From NCBI RefSeq assembly GCF_001194135.2, contig NC_068995.1, forward strand, positions 36,285,157 through 36,338,452: a stretch of 53,296 nt of DNA. Direction: 5' to 3'. Positions 1-10,574 of this stretch are shown here, piece after piece. The DNA is from Octopus bimaculoides. Its lineage: Eukaryota. The translations under genes were made by a program, and so were the position numbers. Position 1 is the first letter of the stretch. Each line of letters starts with the position of its first letter. Below the pieces are notes generated by a model. The model was given only the letters and a program-made list of their open reading frames with translations, did no database searches and had not been told where the DNA came from.

Positions 1-45
<45 letters not shown>

Positions 46-547
46 ACGTGCGTGTACGCTTATACACATAAACTTAGCTGTTATTTCAATCTGAAATGGA
101 ATAAACGTGACTTTTCAAAATTTACAAAACTACCGCCAAGAAATGGAATGGAATCCATGCTTAAATAGAATATCTGAGATGGAGAGAGAGTGCACAGTAA
201 AAGACATTCGATCACAAAGAGAGGGAGGACTCCAGTATAAACACGAAAGAGAGAGAAAAAGCAAATGAGTGAAGTCGTAGACGCAGGCGAAAGAGAGGAG
301 GAGGAGGAGCGAATTACAACATAATAAACAGAAAAGGGTGGAAGTAAATGAAAATTTACGTCTATTGTCATAGCCAGACTAATTTAAAATTGAAATTTCG
401 TTGACATATTGGACCACAAAGCAATACAGATAAAAATTAATGAATCACTAAAGCTTTCGAATTAGTCGCTTTTTTTTTAACGCAGATTTAGCTGGCATTT
501 TTTTTTATATAAATGTATATAGGTAAATTTTGTTTTTGATTTCTATT

Positions 548-776
548 TCAAATGACAACAAAATGAAATAGACAAGTGAATAACATAACGGAGAAGACAA
601 TTTGCCACAGAAAAGGAAAAGTAGAGATCAATGAAATAATCGTATAATTCGCTGCAAATTTATCACCAACGATCGTAAATAAAGCTATCGCGCAATAATA
701 AATCTTTTCATGCGCGCACTTGCTTTCCACTACTGTTTGTAAACATGGGACTTTACAGCAGTCGTCAACTGTTTCC
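548..776 (-). CDS. Candidate terminal exon 2: BH3-like motif plus C-terminal hydrophobic anchor
   Basis: Acceptor TTGTTTCTGCCAG|G at 777/776 completes the phase-2 codon (GA+G=Glu); 75 open codons ETVDDCCKVP...AIALFTIVGDKFAANY...WQIVFSVMLFTCLFHFVVI to TGA at 548-550. A T-rich strand could give hydrophobic residues by chance. Confidence 0.45.
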
Positions 777-1150
777 CTGGCAGAAACAATATTTTCTTAA
801 TAATCTCGTCTAATGTATATTTCACAATAGATATAAAGATTAAAGAAACTTTATCAGTTTCCTTATGAACTTTAGAGGATAGTAAATTAGTTTTTTTTTT
901 TGTTTTGTTTTGTTTTTTCCAGCAAAAATATTTACATACAGATGAAGATTTGATATCTTGGAGACATAGGAATGTATTAAAATTGACTAAATATTAAGTT
1001 TATGTTGCAAACAACGGTAAGGCATATAGATAATACAAAGACAGAAAATCCAGGAAGCGACAACAAAAAAAAAATCGAGTCTCCCAAAAATCTTGGTCAG
1101 AACAAACACAGATCATTTTTAGATAATAAATATATAAAACATTAACTTAC

Positions 1151-1413
1151 TCGATGGTTTCCTCACATGGAACTTCCAAGCCTTCTTTACTAATCTGTTC
1201 GTTTACAAAAGATTTAAGCAAGTAATCTCCTTGTAAACTTGTTTTAGAAATGTGCCCAGGTTTATTTTGCACAGAAGCAGCAAATTCGCTATCAGATTCT
1301 CGATCTGGTGGTAAACAATCATCATTGGAATGCAAAGACATTATTGACAATTCACCTAAAACAGTGGATGTTGCGCCAGGTGGAGTATAAGTGTCGGTAA
1401 GAGTATTATCCAT
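1151..1413 (-). CDS. First coding exon of a host gene; possible Bcl-2-family (Bax/Bak-like alpha1) N-terminus
   Basis: ATG at 1413 in AAAATATGG context with an in-frame upstream TGA; 87 codons plus 2 nt, then a consensus donor GA|GTAAGT (intron starts at 1150). Acidic/Ser/Pro N-terminus followed by SLQGDYLLKSFVNEQISKEG, which resembles Bax alpha1 (KTGALLLQGFIQDR). The exon is well supported; the family assignment is by eye only. Confidence 0.7.
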
Positions 1414-2212
1414 ATTTTGTTCCGAACAAAAAATGTTTCATTGAACAAGTGTTGTAGTTCTGGCTCTTAAATTAGATTCGCCACCAAAATCTACTACTTT
1501 CAGTTCTCTTTTTAAAGAAATAACGTTAATAAGAATTATGGAAGAGAATAGATTTGTTGTGAAGGCTGGTTCATTATTAAAATAGGAAAATAAATCCGAA
1601 ATGTCAACAAAATAAAGGCGAAAAAGCGAAAGGTATCGAAAAAAAATTTTAAATCTGGATACTTTCTTTCACATTTGTAATTCATATACTTCGTTTATAG
1701 TTAAAAAAACTCCAGACAATTTCAAAACATCCAAAGCGTAACAGGAGAAAAGACGTAATGAGTTATATATTTCACAAACAGACTTAGGAATGCGTTGGGT
1801 GAATATGATAACTTCCACTACTGAGTTGTCTACCACTTTTCATAGGAGGACGTCAGACGAACGTATTTCGTCGGACTTGCGCATTTTGAAGTATCCACAA
1901 ACATATTTGAATTTAGAAAAAGACACAACTATCTATCTATCTACAAAAATAAGAAAGATGACCAGCAAAAGTGGACTCCTATATGCTAGAAATAGATGCT
2001 GAATCATCTAACCACGAAAAAAATATATGTTCTCAGTAAAAATTCAGCGACACAACAATTTCTACCCTCATAAATAAATATCTATCTATCTATCTATCTA
2101 TCTGAGTGTTTGTTTGTTTATGTAGTATTATAATAAAAACAACTTAATACTAAACTGAATAATTACTCAATATTTTTTTGTTGAGTACTTATTTATTATA
2201 CTTTTACAAGAC

Positions 2213-2250
2213 GAGAGTGACTTCGAAGTTTCGGTCTGCTAACCTTCGTC
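2213..2250 (-). ncRNA. 5'-truncated hammerhead-ribozyme-like remnant
   Basis: Minus strand (AC)GACGA-A-GGT-TAGCAG-ACC-GAAA-CTTCGAAG-TC-ACTCTC: stem II, GAAA, palindromic stem III and GUC site present; the CU of CUGANGA and the stem I 5' arm are replaced by a (CA)n tract. Confidence 0.4.
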
Positions 2251-2305
2251 GTGTGTGTGTGTGCGCGCGCGTGCGTGTGCGTGCGTGTGCGCGCGCGAGC
2301 GTACA
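2251..2305. repeat. Alternating purine-pyrimidine (GT/GC)n tract, potential Z-DNA former
   Basis: gtgtgtgtgtgtgcgcgcgcgtgcgtgtgcgtgcgtgtgcgcgcgcg with CpGs retained, about 0.85 kb upstream of the 1413 ATG. Confidence 0.8.
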
Positions 2306-2469
2306 CACATCCATATTCACACGAAAACTTGTCAACACTTCCGCATTTTGTGGGAATTACTTCTCTAGGCGTATTTACACATTTCATTGAAAATTTCGCG
2401 TTTTAGAAATTCTCCCTTTTTTGCAATACTTTATCACGGTCCTCTGTTCATTTGGTGGGATGGGGGTTT

Positions 2470-2530
2470 CGCTGACGACGTCCCATTGGCTTTGATATGG
2501 ACTGTCTTTCGGCTCATTGCTAAGTAAGTG
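2470..2530. promoter_or_regulatory. Candidate promoter elements (CCAAT box, CRE-like GACGTC)
   Basis: ATTGG at 2485-2489 (CCAAT on minus) next to TGACGACGTC, within the CpG-retaining 1-2530 region. Motif matches only. Confidence 0.3.
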
Positions 2531-3345
2531 AAANNNNNNNNNNNNNNNNNNNNNNNNNNNNNNNNNNNNNNNNNNNNNNNNNNNNNNNNNNNNNNNNNNN
2601 NNNNNNNNNNNNNNNNNNNNNNNNNNNNNNNNNNNNNNNNNNNNNNNNNNNNNNNNNNNNNNNNNNNNNNNNNNNNNNNNNNNNNNNNNNNNNNNNNNNN
2701 NNNNNNNNNNNNNNNNNNNNNNNNNNNNNNNNNNNNNNNNNNNNNNNNNNNNNNNNNNNNNNNNNNNNNNNNNNNNNNNNNNNNNNNNNNNNNNNNNNNN
2801 NNNNNNNNNNNNNNNNNNNNNNNNNNNNNNNNNNNNNNNNNNNNNNNNNNNNNNNNNNNNNNNNNNNNNNNNNNNNNNNNNNNNNNNNNNNNNNNNNNNN
2901 NNNNNNNNNNNNNNNNNNNNNNNNNNNNNNNNNNNNNNNNNNNNNNNNNNNNNNNNNNNNNNNNNNNNNNNNNNNNNNNNNNNNNNNNNNNNNNNNNNNN
3001 NNNNNNNNNNNNNNNNNNNNNNNNNNNNNNNNNNNNNNNNNNNNNNNNNNNNNNNNNNNNNNNNNNNNNNNNNNNNNNNNNNNNNNNNNNNNNNNNNNNN
3101 NNNNNNNNNNNNNNNNNNNNNNNNNNNNNNNNNNNNNNNNNNNNNNNNNNNNNNNNNNNNNNNNNNNNNNNNNNNNNNNNNNTTACAGGAAGTTAATTTA
3201 CAATAATGTCAATACATTATTGTTCTAACGTTTATCGTGTGCTTCTTTTTCGGATATCTGATCCTGATATTATGTATGTAGGTATATATGTGTGTATATA
3301 ATATATACATATGTGTGTGTGTGTGTGTATGTATTTATATATATA

Positions 3346-3386
<41 letters not shown>

Positions 3387-3566
3387 GGGAGAATTTACGA
3401 AAAAAACGACATATACACACACACACACACACGCACACACACATATATATATATATATATATAATAAAAAGGAAATAAATTTCAAACGCGGAATAGTTGT
3501 GAAAACAGCCTAGAAATTTGGGTAAATACCCCTGGAACTCGAAGATGGAAAAAAAGTTGTCAGCAG

Positions 3567-3646
3567 GGGACTACAGGGAATTGATCCCTGTGCTTCTTGG
3601 ATACCAGCTGAGTGAACTGTACAATTACAATTCAGCTAAATGGTCT
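3567..3646 (-). pseudogene. Degenerate tRNA-like sequence
   Basis: Minus strand has an A-box-like TAGCTGAATTG, a T-arm CAGGG-ATCAATT-CCCTG and a downstream T7 run; D and anticodon arms are poorly paired. Confidence 0.4.
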
Positions 3647-3735
3647 GTGTGTGTGTGTTCTATATGTATGTTTATAAATATATATGCATGTTTATATTAT
3701 CCGAAATATATAGTATTACATATCCAACATGGCTG

Positions 3736-4515
3736 ATCTTACCAATCAGTTTCACATTAGGAATACAATGGAGTGTTAGTTAACAATCTGATCATATAAC
3801 CTTACACTCATCAGAGTTAGCCAATTTGGAAGGGAATATGGCAATTGCTTTCTATTGTCAGAGGTGGATTGACACAACCTGTCAGCAGCTGGTGTGAAAA
3901 AGGGCGGTGATACGAAAAGGGGCCAAGGGATTAGGTTAGGAGTTATGCCTTTTGGTTGAGTATACTGTGAGGCCAGTAAGAATTGTGGGGGAAGTGTGCA
4001 TTAATAAGTGTTCGACTCCTGTGGGGGAGAGGTGTGTGATATGGGTAGTGGTATCATGCATAATTTTTCTAGAGTTGTAGGTATATGTGGCTGTGTTCGC
4101 TGGTCTGTTTTCTTTCTGTAAAGAATAAGGTTGTGGGAGGGGAGGGTTATGTTAGCATGCGGGTGGTCTATATGAGTGTGGGTGAACAATGTGTGTGAAG
4201 GGGTGTATGTTGGAGGTGGTGGGAGGCAGCCTATTTTGTGGGGTGTCTGTCTTATAGTGGTGTGCACGTGTGTGCTTGGGTGTAGTGGTGTGTGCTTTGG
4301 CAAGCACTTTGCCGGGCCTTTGGTGGACGGTCAAGGCCAGGAACCTGCAGTTGTAGTCATGTTGGTGGGGCACAGGTGTGATAGGATGTACTTCCTTTCA
4401 TGGGGGCAAGGATCAAACACCTCACTCTTGCTATTCAGGTAAACATCCTGGCATTGAGTACCCTTTAAAATTGCTCTATTCTCAGTCAGGCATAACCTGC
4501 ACTTCCTACTGCTAT
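3736..4515 (-). mobile_element. Penelope-like element 3' remnant (ORF C-terminus, 3' region, decayed hammerhead)
   Basis: Minus translation SRKCRLCLTENRAIL...LNSKSEVFDPCPHERKYIL (about 4515-4375) matches the Cys/His C-terminal motif of Penelope ORFs; CTGATGA (3814-3808) ... GAAAC..GTA (3753-3740) lies at the distal end. Confidence 0.65.
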
Positions 4516-4621
4516 GCATGTATGTATGTATATACATACTAACACATATAAACATAGATTTATGTGTATATGTATAATGCATGTGTGTATGTATGTATCC
4601 ACATATATGTATATGTATAAA

Positions 4622-4676
<55 letters not shown>

Positions 4677-4678
<2 letters not shown>

Positions 4679-4885
4679 TCATCATCATCATCATCGTTTA
4701 ACGTCCGCTTTCCATGCTAGCATGGGTTGGACGATTTGACTGAGGACTGGTGAAACCGGATGGCAACACCAGGCTCCAGTCTGATTTGGCAGAGTTTCTA
4801 CAGCTGGATGCCCTTCCTAACGCCAACCACTCAGAGAGTGTAGTGGGTGCTTTTACGTGTCACCCGCACGTTACGTGTCACCCGC

Positions 4886-4888
<3 letters not shown>
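4677..4888 (-). mobile_element. (ATG)n-tailed RTE 3'-end retroposon copy
   Basis: (CAT)n followed by gtttaacgtccgctttccatgctagcatgggttgg...ctggatgcccttcctaacgccaacc; same sequence at 8885, 27083 and 53247, and in plus orientation at about 6600, 27590 and 32450. Confidence 0.85.
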
Positions 4889-4930
<42 letters not shown>

Positions 4931-5056
4931 AAGTATGAGGGTTTAGTTCACAGATAATCTAAACAATTAGGTACGCTAGGTAAGTGCTGTAAGGGCTTAC
5001 TAGGGCTCCAAGGTTGTAGCTGAGATGGTAGTTATGGAGCCATTGCAGATTTCCGA

Positions 5057-5285
5057 TATAGGAGATATATAATTGTTAAAGAGGACAACAAGTGTTAAGG
5101 CAAGGCAAACATCTCAAGTCATATACATTATCATTACTGGAAAAAATTCAATGTCTTACAGCTGTTTTTGGGATATCCCAGAAACAGCTGTAAGACTTTG
5201 AATTTTTTCCAATAATAATAATGTATATGACTTGAGATGTTTGCCTTGCCTTAATGCTTGTTGTCCTCTTTAACAATTATGTATC

Positions 5286-5292
<7 letters not shown>
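5057..5292. repeat. Spacer-less palindrome, arms about 115 bp
   Basis: Centre GGGAT|ATCCC at 5174/5175; arms pair without indels, about 7 mismatches across 5063-5286 by manual comparison. Confidence 0.95.
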
Positions 5293-5330
<38 letters not shown>

Positions 5331-5367
5331 AATTAAAATTCAGAAAATGGAGATGTAGCGTTAATAT

Positions 5368-5451
5368 TCTCTTACAGCTGTTTCAATTTTGCCCAAAGAT
5401 TAAATTCCAATAATTAAATCATTGTTTTGGGCAAAAATCTCATCTGAGGAG
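5368..5451 (-). ncRNA. Type I hammerhead-like motif with a core substitution (probably inactive)
   Basis: CAGATGA (U4>A) - stem II TTTTGCCCAAA/TTTGGGCAAAA with a long loop - GAAA-C-AGCT-G-TA-AGAGA. Confidence 0.6.
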
Positions 5452-5459
5452 AGAGATTT

Positions 5460-6061
5460 TGGTTCCAGAAATTCCAAGCCAGAATCTACAGCCTAGAAGA
5501 CAAGCCTCATCCCAGAAGATCTCTACAGCTTGACAAGGACATCCTGCAAACCCTGGTGGAACAAAATCCCATCGTAACTGTTGAGGAACTAGCAGAGAAG
5601 CTTGGATTTGGTCATTCAGCCATTCATCAATACCTGCGCTAGAAGGAAAACGACTATCTTTGGTCTCAAGACAAAAGGTGTTCTTCCGTAAGGATAATGC
5701 TCAGCCACATACAGTGAGGATGACATTCCAAAAGTTAGAACAGTTTGAATGGGAAACGATACCCCACCCACCATATTCGCTGGACATTATCATTTATTCT
5801 GCAGTCTTCAAAATCATATGGACGGAAGAAATATGAATTCTGTAGACAAGGTCAGAACAGTACTGGAGGAGTATTTTTCATCACAAACAAGTGAATTTTG
5901 GAAGAGGGGCTTTGCAAGTCTACCAGATAGATGGAAGGGCATTGTAGAAAATTGTAGAAAATGAAGAAGAGTATATTTAAGATTAAAAAAGAACTTTGTT
6001 TATTATAATTTTGAAAAATAAAAGAAGTATTAAAAAACACATTATTTATGAAATGACCCAA
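5460..6061 (+). mobile_element. Internally deleted mariner fragment
   Basis: Translates to EDKP..RSLQLDKDILQTLVE, DNAQPH and HPPYS-like motifs; 3' TIR cattatttatgaaatgaccca; same family as 28534-29628. Confidence 0.85.
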
Positions 6062-6309
6062 TATGTGTGTGTGTGTGTGTGTGTGTGTCTTTGTGTCTGT
6101 CCTCCACCATCGCTCAACAACCAGTACTGGAATGTTTATGTCCCTGTAACTTAGCAGTTCTGCAAACAAGATCGATAGAATAAGTACCAAGCTTTAAAAA
6201 TGAAGTACTGGGGTTGATTCATTCAACTAAAAAACTAAAAACCCATTCTCCAAGGCAGTGTCCCAGCATGACTGCAATTTAATGAGTGAAACAAATAAAA
6301 AGGGAAACA

Positions 6310-6800
6310 ATCCACTCGCCTTATGCCGTTCTTGGTTCCACTTCACTTATCAATACGCTTCCTTGTAACTGGAGTGTATGCCCCATCACATCTTCACCAT
6401 CTTCTCTTTCTCCTCTCTCACTCCCTTTCTCTTTCCATCAGAGGTAGCCATGTATCTTCTCTACTGCATGACACCTATTTTTGTCCCTCTATTCCTAATC
6501 GAACTGCTCCTCACCTAGCACAAAGCCAACTCTCTCAATACGGTTCCCCACTCACTTGAGGGTGGGGGGGGGTCTTGTCTTGCAAGTTACTTAGTGATTT
6601 CACAGCTACTGGTTGCACAATAAAAGCACCCAGTACATGCTGTAAAGTGGTTGGCTTTAGGAATGGCATCAAGCTGTTGAAACTATGCTGAGCTGATATT
6701 GGAGCTTGATGTGGCTCTCTGGCTTACTGAATCCTGTCAAACCATCCAACTTATGCAAGCATGGAAAACACATAAAATGAGAATGGTGGTGGTGGTGGTG
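6310..6800 (+). mobile_element. RTE LINE 3' UTR ending in the (ATG/GTG)n tail
   Basis: Pyrimidine-rich 3' UTR, then aaagcacccagtac...ggttggctttaggaatggcatc...gcatggaaaac and a GTG-repeat tail; parallels 32040-32625. Confidence 0.6.
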
Positions 6801-6839
6801 GCGGCAGTGGCGGTGGTGGTGGTGAAAGGCAGTAAGTGG

Positions 6840-7050
6840 GCAAAAATCATTAGAACATCAGTAAAAATGCTTGGTAGTATTCCTTCCAATTCATTATGTT
6901 TTCGAGTTCAATTTCCACCAAGGTCAACTTTGCCTTTCATCTTTTTCTGGGTCAATAAAATAAGAACCAGTTGAGCACTGAAGTCAATGTAATCAATTTA
7001 CCAATCCCCTAAAGTTGCTGACCTTCAGTCTGAATCTCACAGAGACAATG
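6840..7050 (+). mobile_element. tRNA-headed SINE type B, decayed
   Basis: ggcagtaagtgggcaaaaatcattag...gagttcaattt...gtcaactttgcctttcatc; matches 13405-13625, 25284-25490 and 41494-41733. Confidence 0.7.
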
Positions 7051-7745
7051 ACAAGTGACCAAGACTTATGGCAATTTGCTGTACTTGAGCAGACACGACA
7101 GTTAAGTGAAGTTGTAGTCATGGCTGGTGCCAGTGTCATGTAAAAGTTACCCAGAATTATTATTATTCTTATAAGTTCATTATTGTTGTTGTTGTTGTTA
7201 TCATTGAGTGCCATCAAAGTGACACTGAGGTAAAATATACAAAGCCCAGTATACCCACCATGACTACTTGTCTGATAAGGGTACACCAGGCACATGCATC
7301 ACAACCATATGTGCACAACATAGTGATCTCATATCAAGATAAACAGTGCATGACCTTGCAGGCAGGGCCCAGTTAGAATTTTCTTTAGGTCAAGTGGTCC
7401 ATCCCACTCAAAAGGTCCCTGAATAACCGTTGTTTAAGGATGTTGAACAAAACCCCTATGTTTCTAGAGGTGCATTATTCAAACTCCAAAGAATTCTTCT
7501 CAACACATGGCTATGATGCTCCCCGACTACTTCTGCTCGTGATCAGAGATACACATATCATCAGCCACCTAGAGACATGCTCAACTGGTTAAGGTCAAAC
7601 AACTGACAAGCAAATCTGTGGTATTAAGCAGAATATTTGCTGTAACCTATCTTTTACCCTTGGACAAAACATGTACATGATAACTCTTCCAATCAGTTAA
7701 GATTAGAAGCCATGAAAGCCAGTGTTTGGTACTGCATCAGGGCAT

Positions 7746-7835
7746 TTCTTCTTCTTCTTCTTCTTCTTCTTTTCTTCTTCTTCTTCTTCCTCTTCTTCTT
7801 CTTCCTCTTCTTCTTCTTCTTCCTCTTCTTCTTCT

Positions 7836-7876
<41 letters not shown>

Positions 7877-7883
7877 TTCTTCT

Positions 7884-7918
<35 letters not shown>

Positions 7919-7925
7919 TTCTTCT
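7746..7925. repeat. (CTT)n/(CCT) homopyrimidine tract, about 180 bp
   Basis: Direct reading; source of the spurious poly-K/R/S/L/F ORFs. Confidence 0.98.
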
Positions 7926-8689
7926 CATTATTTGTCATTATATCATTTTTCTCATTTCCTACTGCAGTACATATGCCCTGACACAACATATCCGTGTGGG
8001 TGTCTAAATGATTTCTAAATGATTGTAGCATAGAATATTGTCACTTTATTTATCACCTGTTGTTGACCTTCAGTACATTGCAAGTTCAGTAATAAGTGAC
8101 AAATATCAAGAGGTAATGGGTGTTTAGAGTGGGTGAGGATCATGATTTTATTTTTTGGAAGTAAAATATTTAAACTAGATACAGTACTTGTATTTTAAAT
8201 ACAATTTCAAAAAATAATCTCTGTCATGGCACAACACTAAACTAAAGGTCGACAGTATGTAACAGTTGATGTGATAGTGTTATTTTCAAATGTCTGTTCA
8301 ATTATATTGCATCAGACGTAGCATTTTCCAAGGATGGGCATGTGTTTATTGATGAATTTTTATGTTTCATATTTAAGTTATTAAATGTTTGGGTAACATC
8401 TTGCTTCCCTGGACATGGACACATTAAAGCTCTCACACCTGGCAAATGACTTGGTACACACCCTCAAGATTATCCACCATTTTTCCAAAATAACCTTGTG
8501 CACCTTTGATAATTCTGTATGTCTAACACTCATGGACATACTTAAAAATTTTAAAAAAACAACACAGCACCCATGACTTTCAGAAATACTTTTACACACT
8601 CAGAATTGTTGAAGCATAGAGTAAACTACCTGTATCAATTGTTAACTGTCAAGACACTACATCCTTCAAAACGGCTATGCTTCAGGAAA

Positions 8690-8884
8690 TTCGACAAGAG
8701 TACCCTTGATGCCCTAGTGCTCTGAGTGCCCCAACAACTACTGGAATGACAGACACTCTCCTCATAGTCCACATTCTTGCAATTTCGTCTTTTAGTAGTC
8801 TGTATTTTTCAATCTTTTCTAGTTCTTTGTCACTAATGCTTGCATCCCCAGGCATTACAATATTTATAATCTTAGTTTCCTTAT
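8690..8884 (-). mobile_element. R4/Dong-type LINE C-terminal restriction-like endonuclease fragment
   Basis: IINIVMPGDASISDKELEKIEKYRLLKDEIARMW...IPVVVGAL is the typical PD..EK..KY..L tail of R4-clade elements. Confidence 0.8.
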
Positions 8885-9175
8885 TCATCATCATCGTTTA
8901 ACATCCGCTTTCCATGCTAGCATGGGTTGGACGATTTGACTGAGGACTGGTGAATCAGATGGCTACACCAGGCTCCAATCTTATTTGGCAGAGTTTCTAC
9001 AGCTGGATGCCCTTCCTGACGCCAACCACTCCGAGAGTGTAGTGGGTACTTTTACGTGCTACCGGCACGAAGGCCAGTCAGGCGGTACTGGCAATGGCCA
9101 CATTCAAAATGGTGTATTTTACATGCCACCTGCACAGGAGCCAGTCCAGCGGCACTGGCAACGATCTTACTCGAA
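8885..9175 (-). mobile_element. (ATG)n-tailed RTE 3'-end retroposon copy
   Basis: Same sequence as 4677-4888, extended by ggcggtactggcaa/ggcactggcaac internal repeats. Confidence 0.85.
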
Positions 9176-9551
9176 TGACTTATTATTATTATTGTTGTTG
9201 TTGTTGTTGTTATTATTATTTGTCATTATATCATTTTTTCCATTTCCTACTGCAGTACATATGCCCTGACACAGCATATCCCTATGGATGTCTAAATGAT
9301 TGTAGCATAGAATATTGTCACTTTATTTATCACCTGTTGTTGACCTTCAGTACAGAATTACCTTTAAATCATTTTGCATATTCATTCTGAGCTCTTATTT
9401 TTTATGCTACCATTAAAAAAAAAACAAACACCCTGTATTATTTCCACTCAATCATATTTGTTTATTTCCACTTGTATAATGAACCCTCATTAAACACCAT
9501 CCTGTTAAACCAGATATTTGATGAAACAAAAAAAAACCCAGGAATAATACT

Positions 9552-10570
9552 CAGGCATAGGAGTGGCTGTGTGGTAAGTAGCTTGCTTACGAACCACATG
9601 GTTCNNNNNNNNNNNNNNNNNNNNNNNNNNNNNNNNNNNNNNNNNNNNNNNNNNNNNNNNNNNNNNNNNNNNNNNNNNNNNNNNNNNNNNNNNNNNNNNN
9701 NNNNNNNNNNNNNNNNNNNNNNNNNNNNNNNNNNNNNNNNNNNNNNNNNNNNNNNNNNNNNNNNNNNNNNNNNNNNNNNNNNNNNNNNNNNNNNNNNNNN
9801 NNNNNNNNNNNNNNNNNNNNNNNNNNNNNNNNNNNNNNNNNNNNNNNNNNNNNNNNNNNNNNNNNNNNNNNNNNNNNNNNNNNNNNNNNNNNNNNNNNNN
9901 NNNNNNNNNNNNNNNNNNNNNNNNNNNNNNNNNNNNNNNNNNNNNNNNNNNNNNNNNNNNNNNNNNNNNNNNNNNNNNNNNNNNNNNNNNNNNNNNNNNN
10001 NNNNNNNNNNNNNNNNNNNNNNNNNNNNNNNNNNNNNNNNNNNNNNNNNNNNNNNNNNNNNNNNNNNNNNNNNNNNNNNNNNNNNNNNNNNNNNNNNNNN
10101 NNNNNNNNNNNNNNNNNNNNNNNNNNNNNNNNNNNNNNNNNNNNNNNNNNNNNNNNNNNNNNNNNNNNNNNNNNNNNNNNNNNNNNNNNNNNNNNNNNNN
10201 NNNNNNNNNNNNNNNNNNNNNNNNNNNNNNNNNNNNNNNNNNNNNNNNNNNNNNNNNNNNNNNNNNNNNNNNNNNNNNNNNNNNNNNNNNNNNNNNNNNN
10301 NNNNNNNNNNNNNNNNNNNNNNNNNNNNNNNNNNNNNNNNNNNNNNNNNNNNNNNNNNNNNNNNNNNNNNNNNNNNNNNNNNNNNNNNNNNNNNNNNNNN
10401 NNNNATATATATATGCGTGTGTGTGTGCATATGTTTATGTGTCTGTGTTTGTCCTTCAACATCACTTGACAACCGATGCTGGTGTGTTTACATCCCTGTA
10501 ACTTAGCGGTTTGGCAAAAGAGACCAATAGAATAAGTATTAGGCTTACAAAGAATAAGTCCTGCTAGATC
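9552..10570 (+). mobile_element. tRNA-headed SINE type A spanning a gap
   Basis: Head aggagtggctgtgtggtaagtagcttgc; 3' part gtaacttagcggtttggcaaaagagacc after the N-run. Confidence 0.85.
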
Positions 10571-10574
10571 TTAT

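Noticed and set aside
7693-8031. Long poly-K/R/S/L/F ORFs and the many YIYI/CVCV/THTH ORFs across the window
   Set aside because: They are translations of (CTT)n, (TA)n and (CA)n microsatellites, or ORFs running through N gaps.
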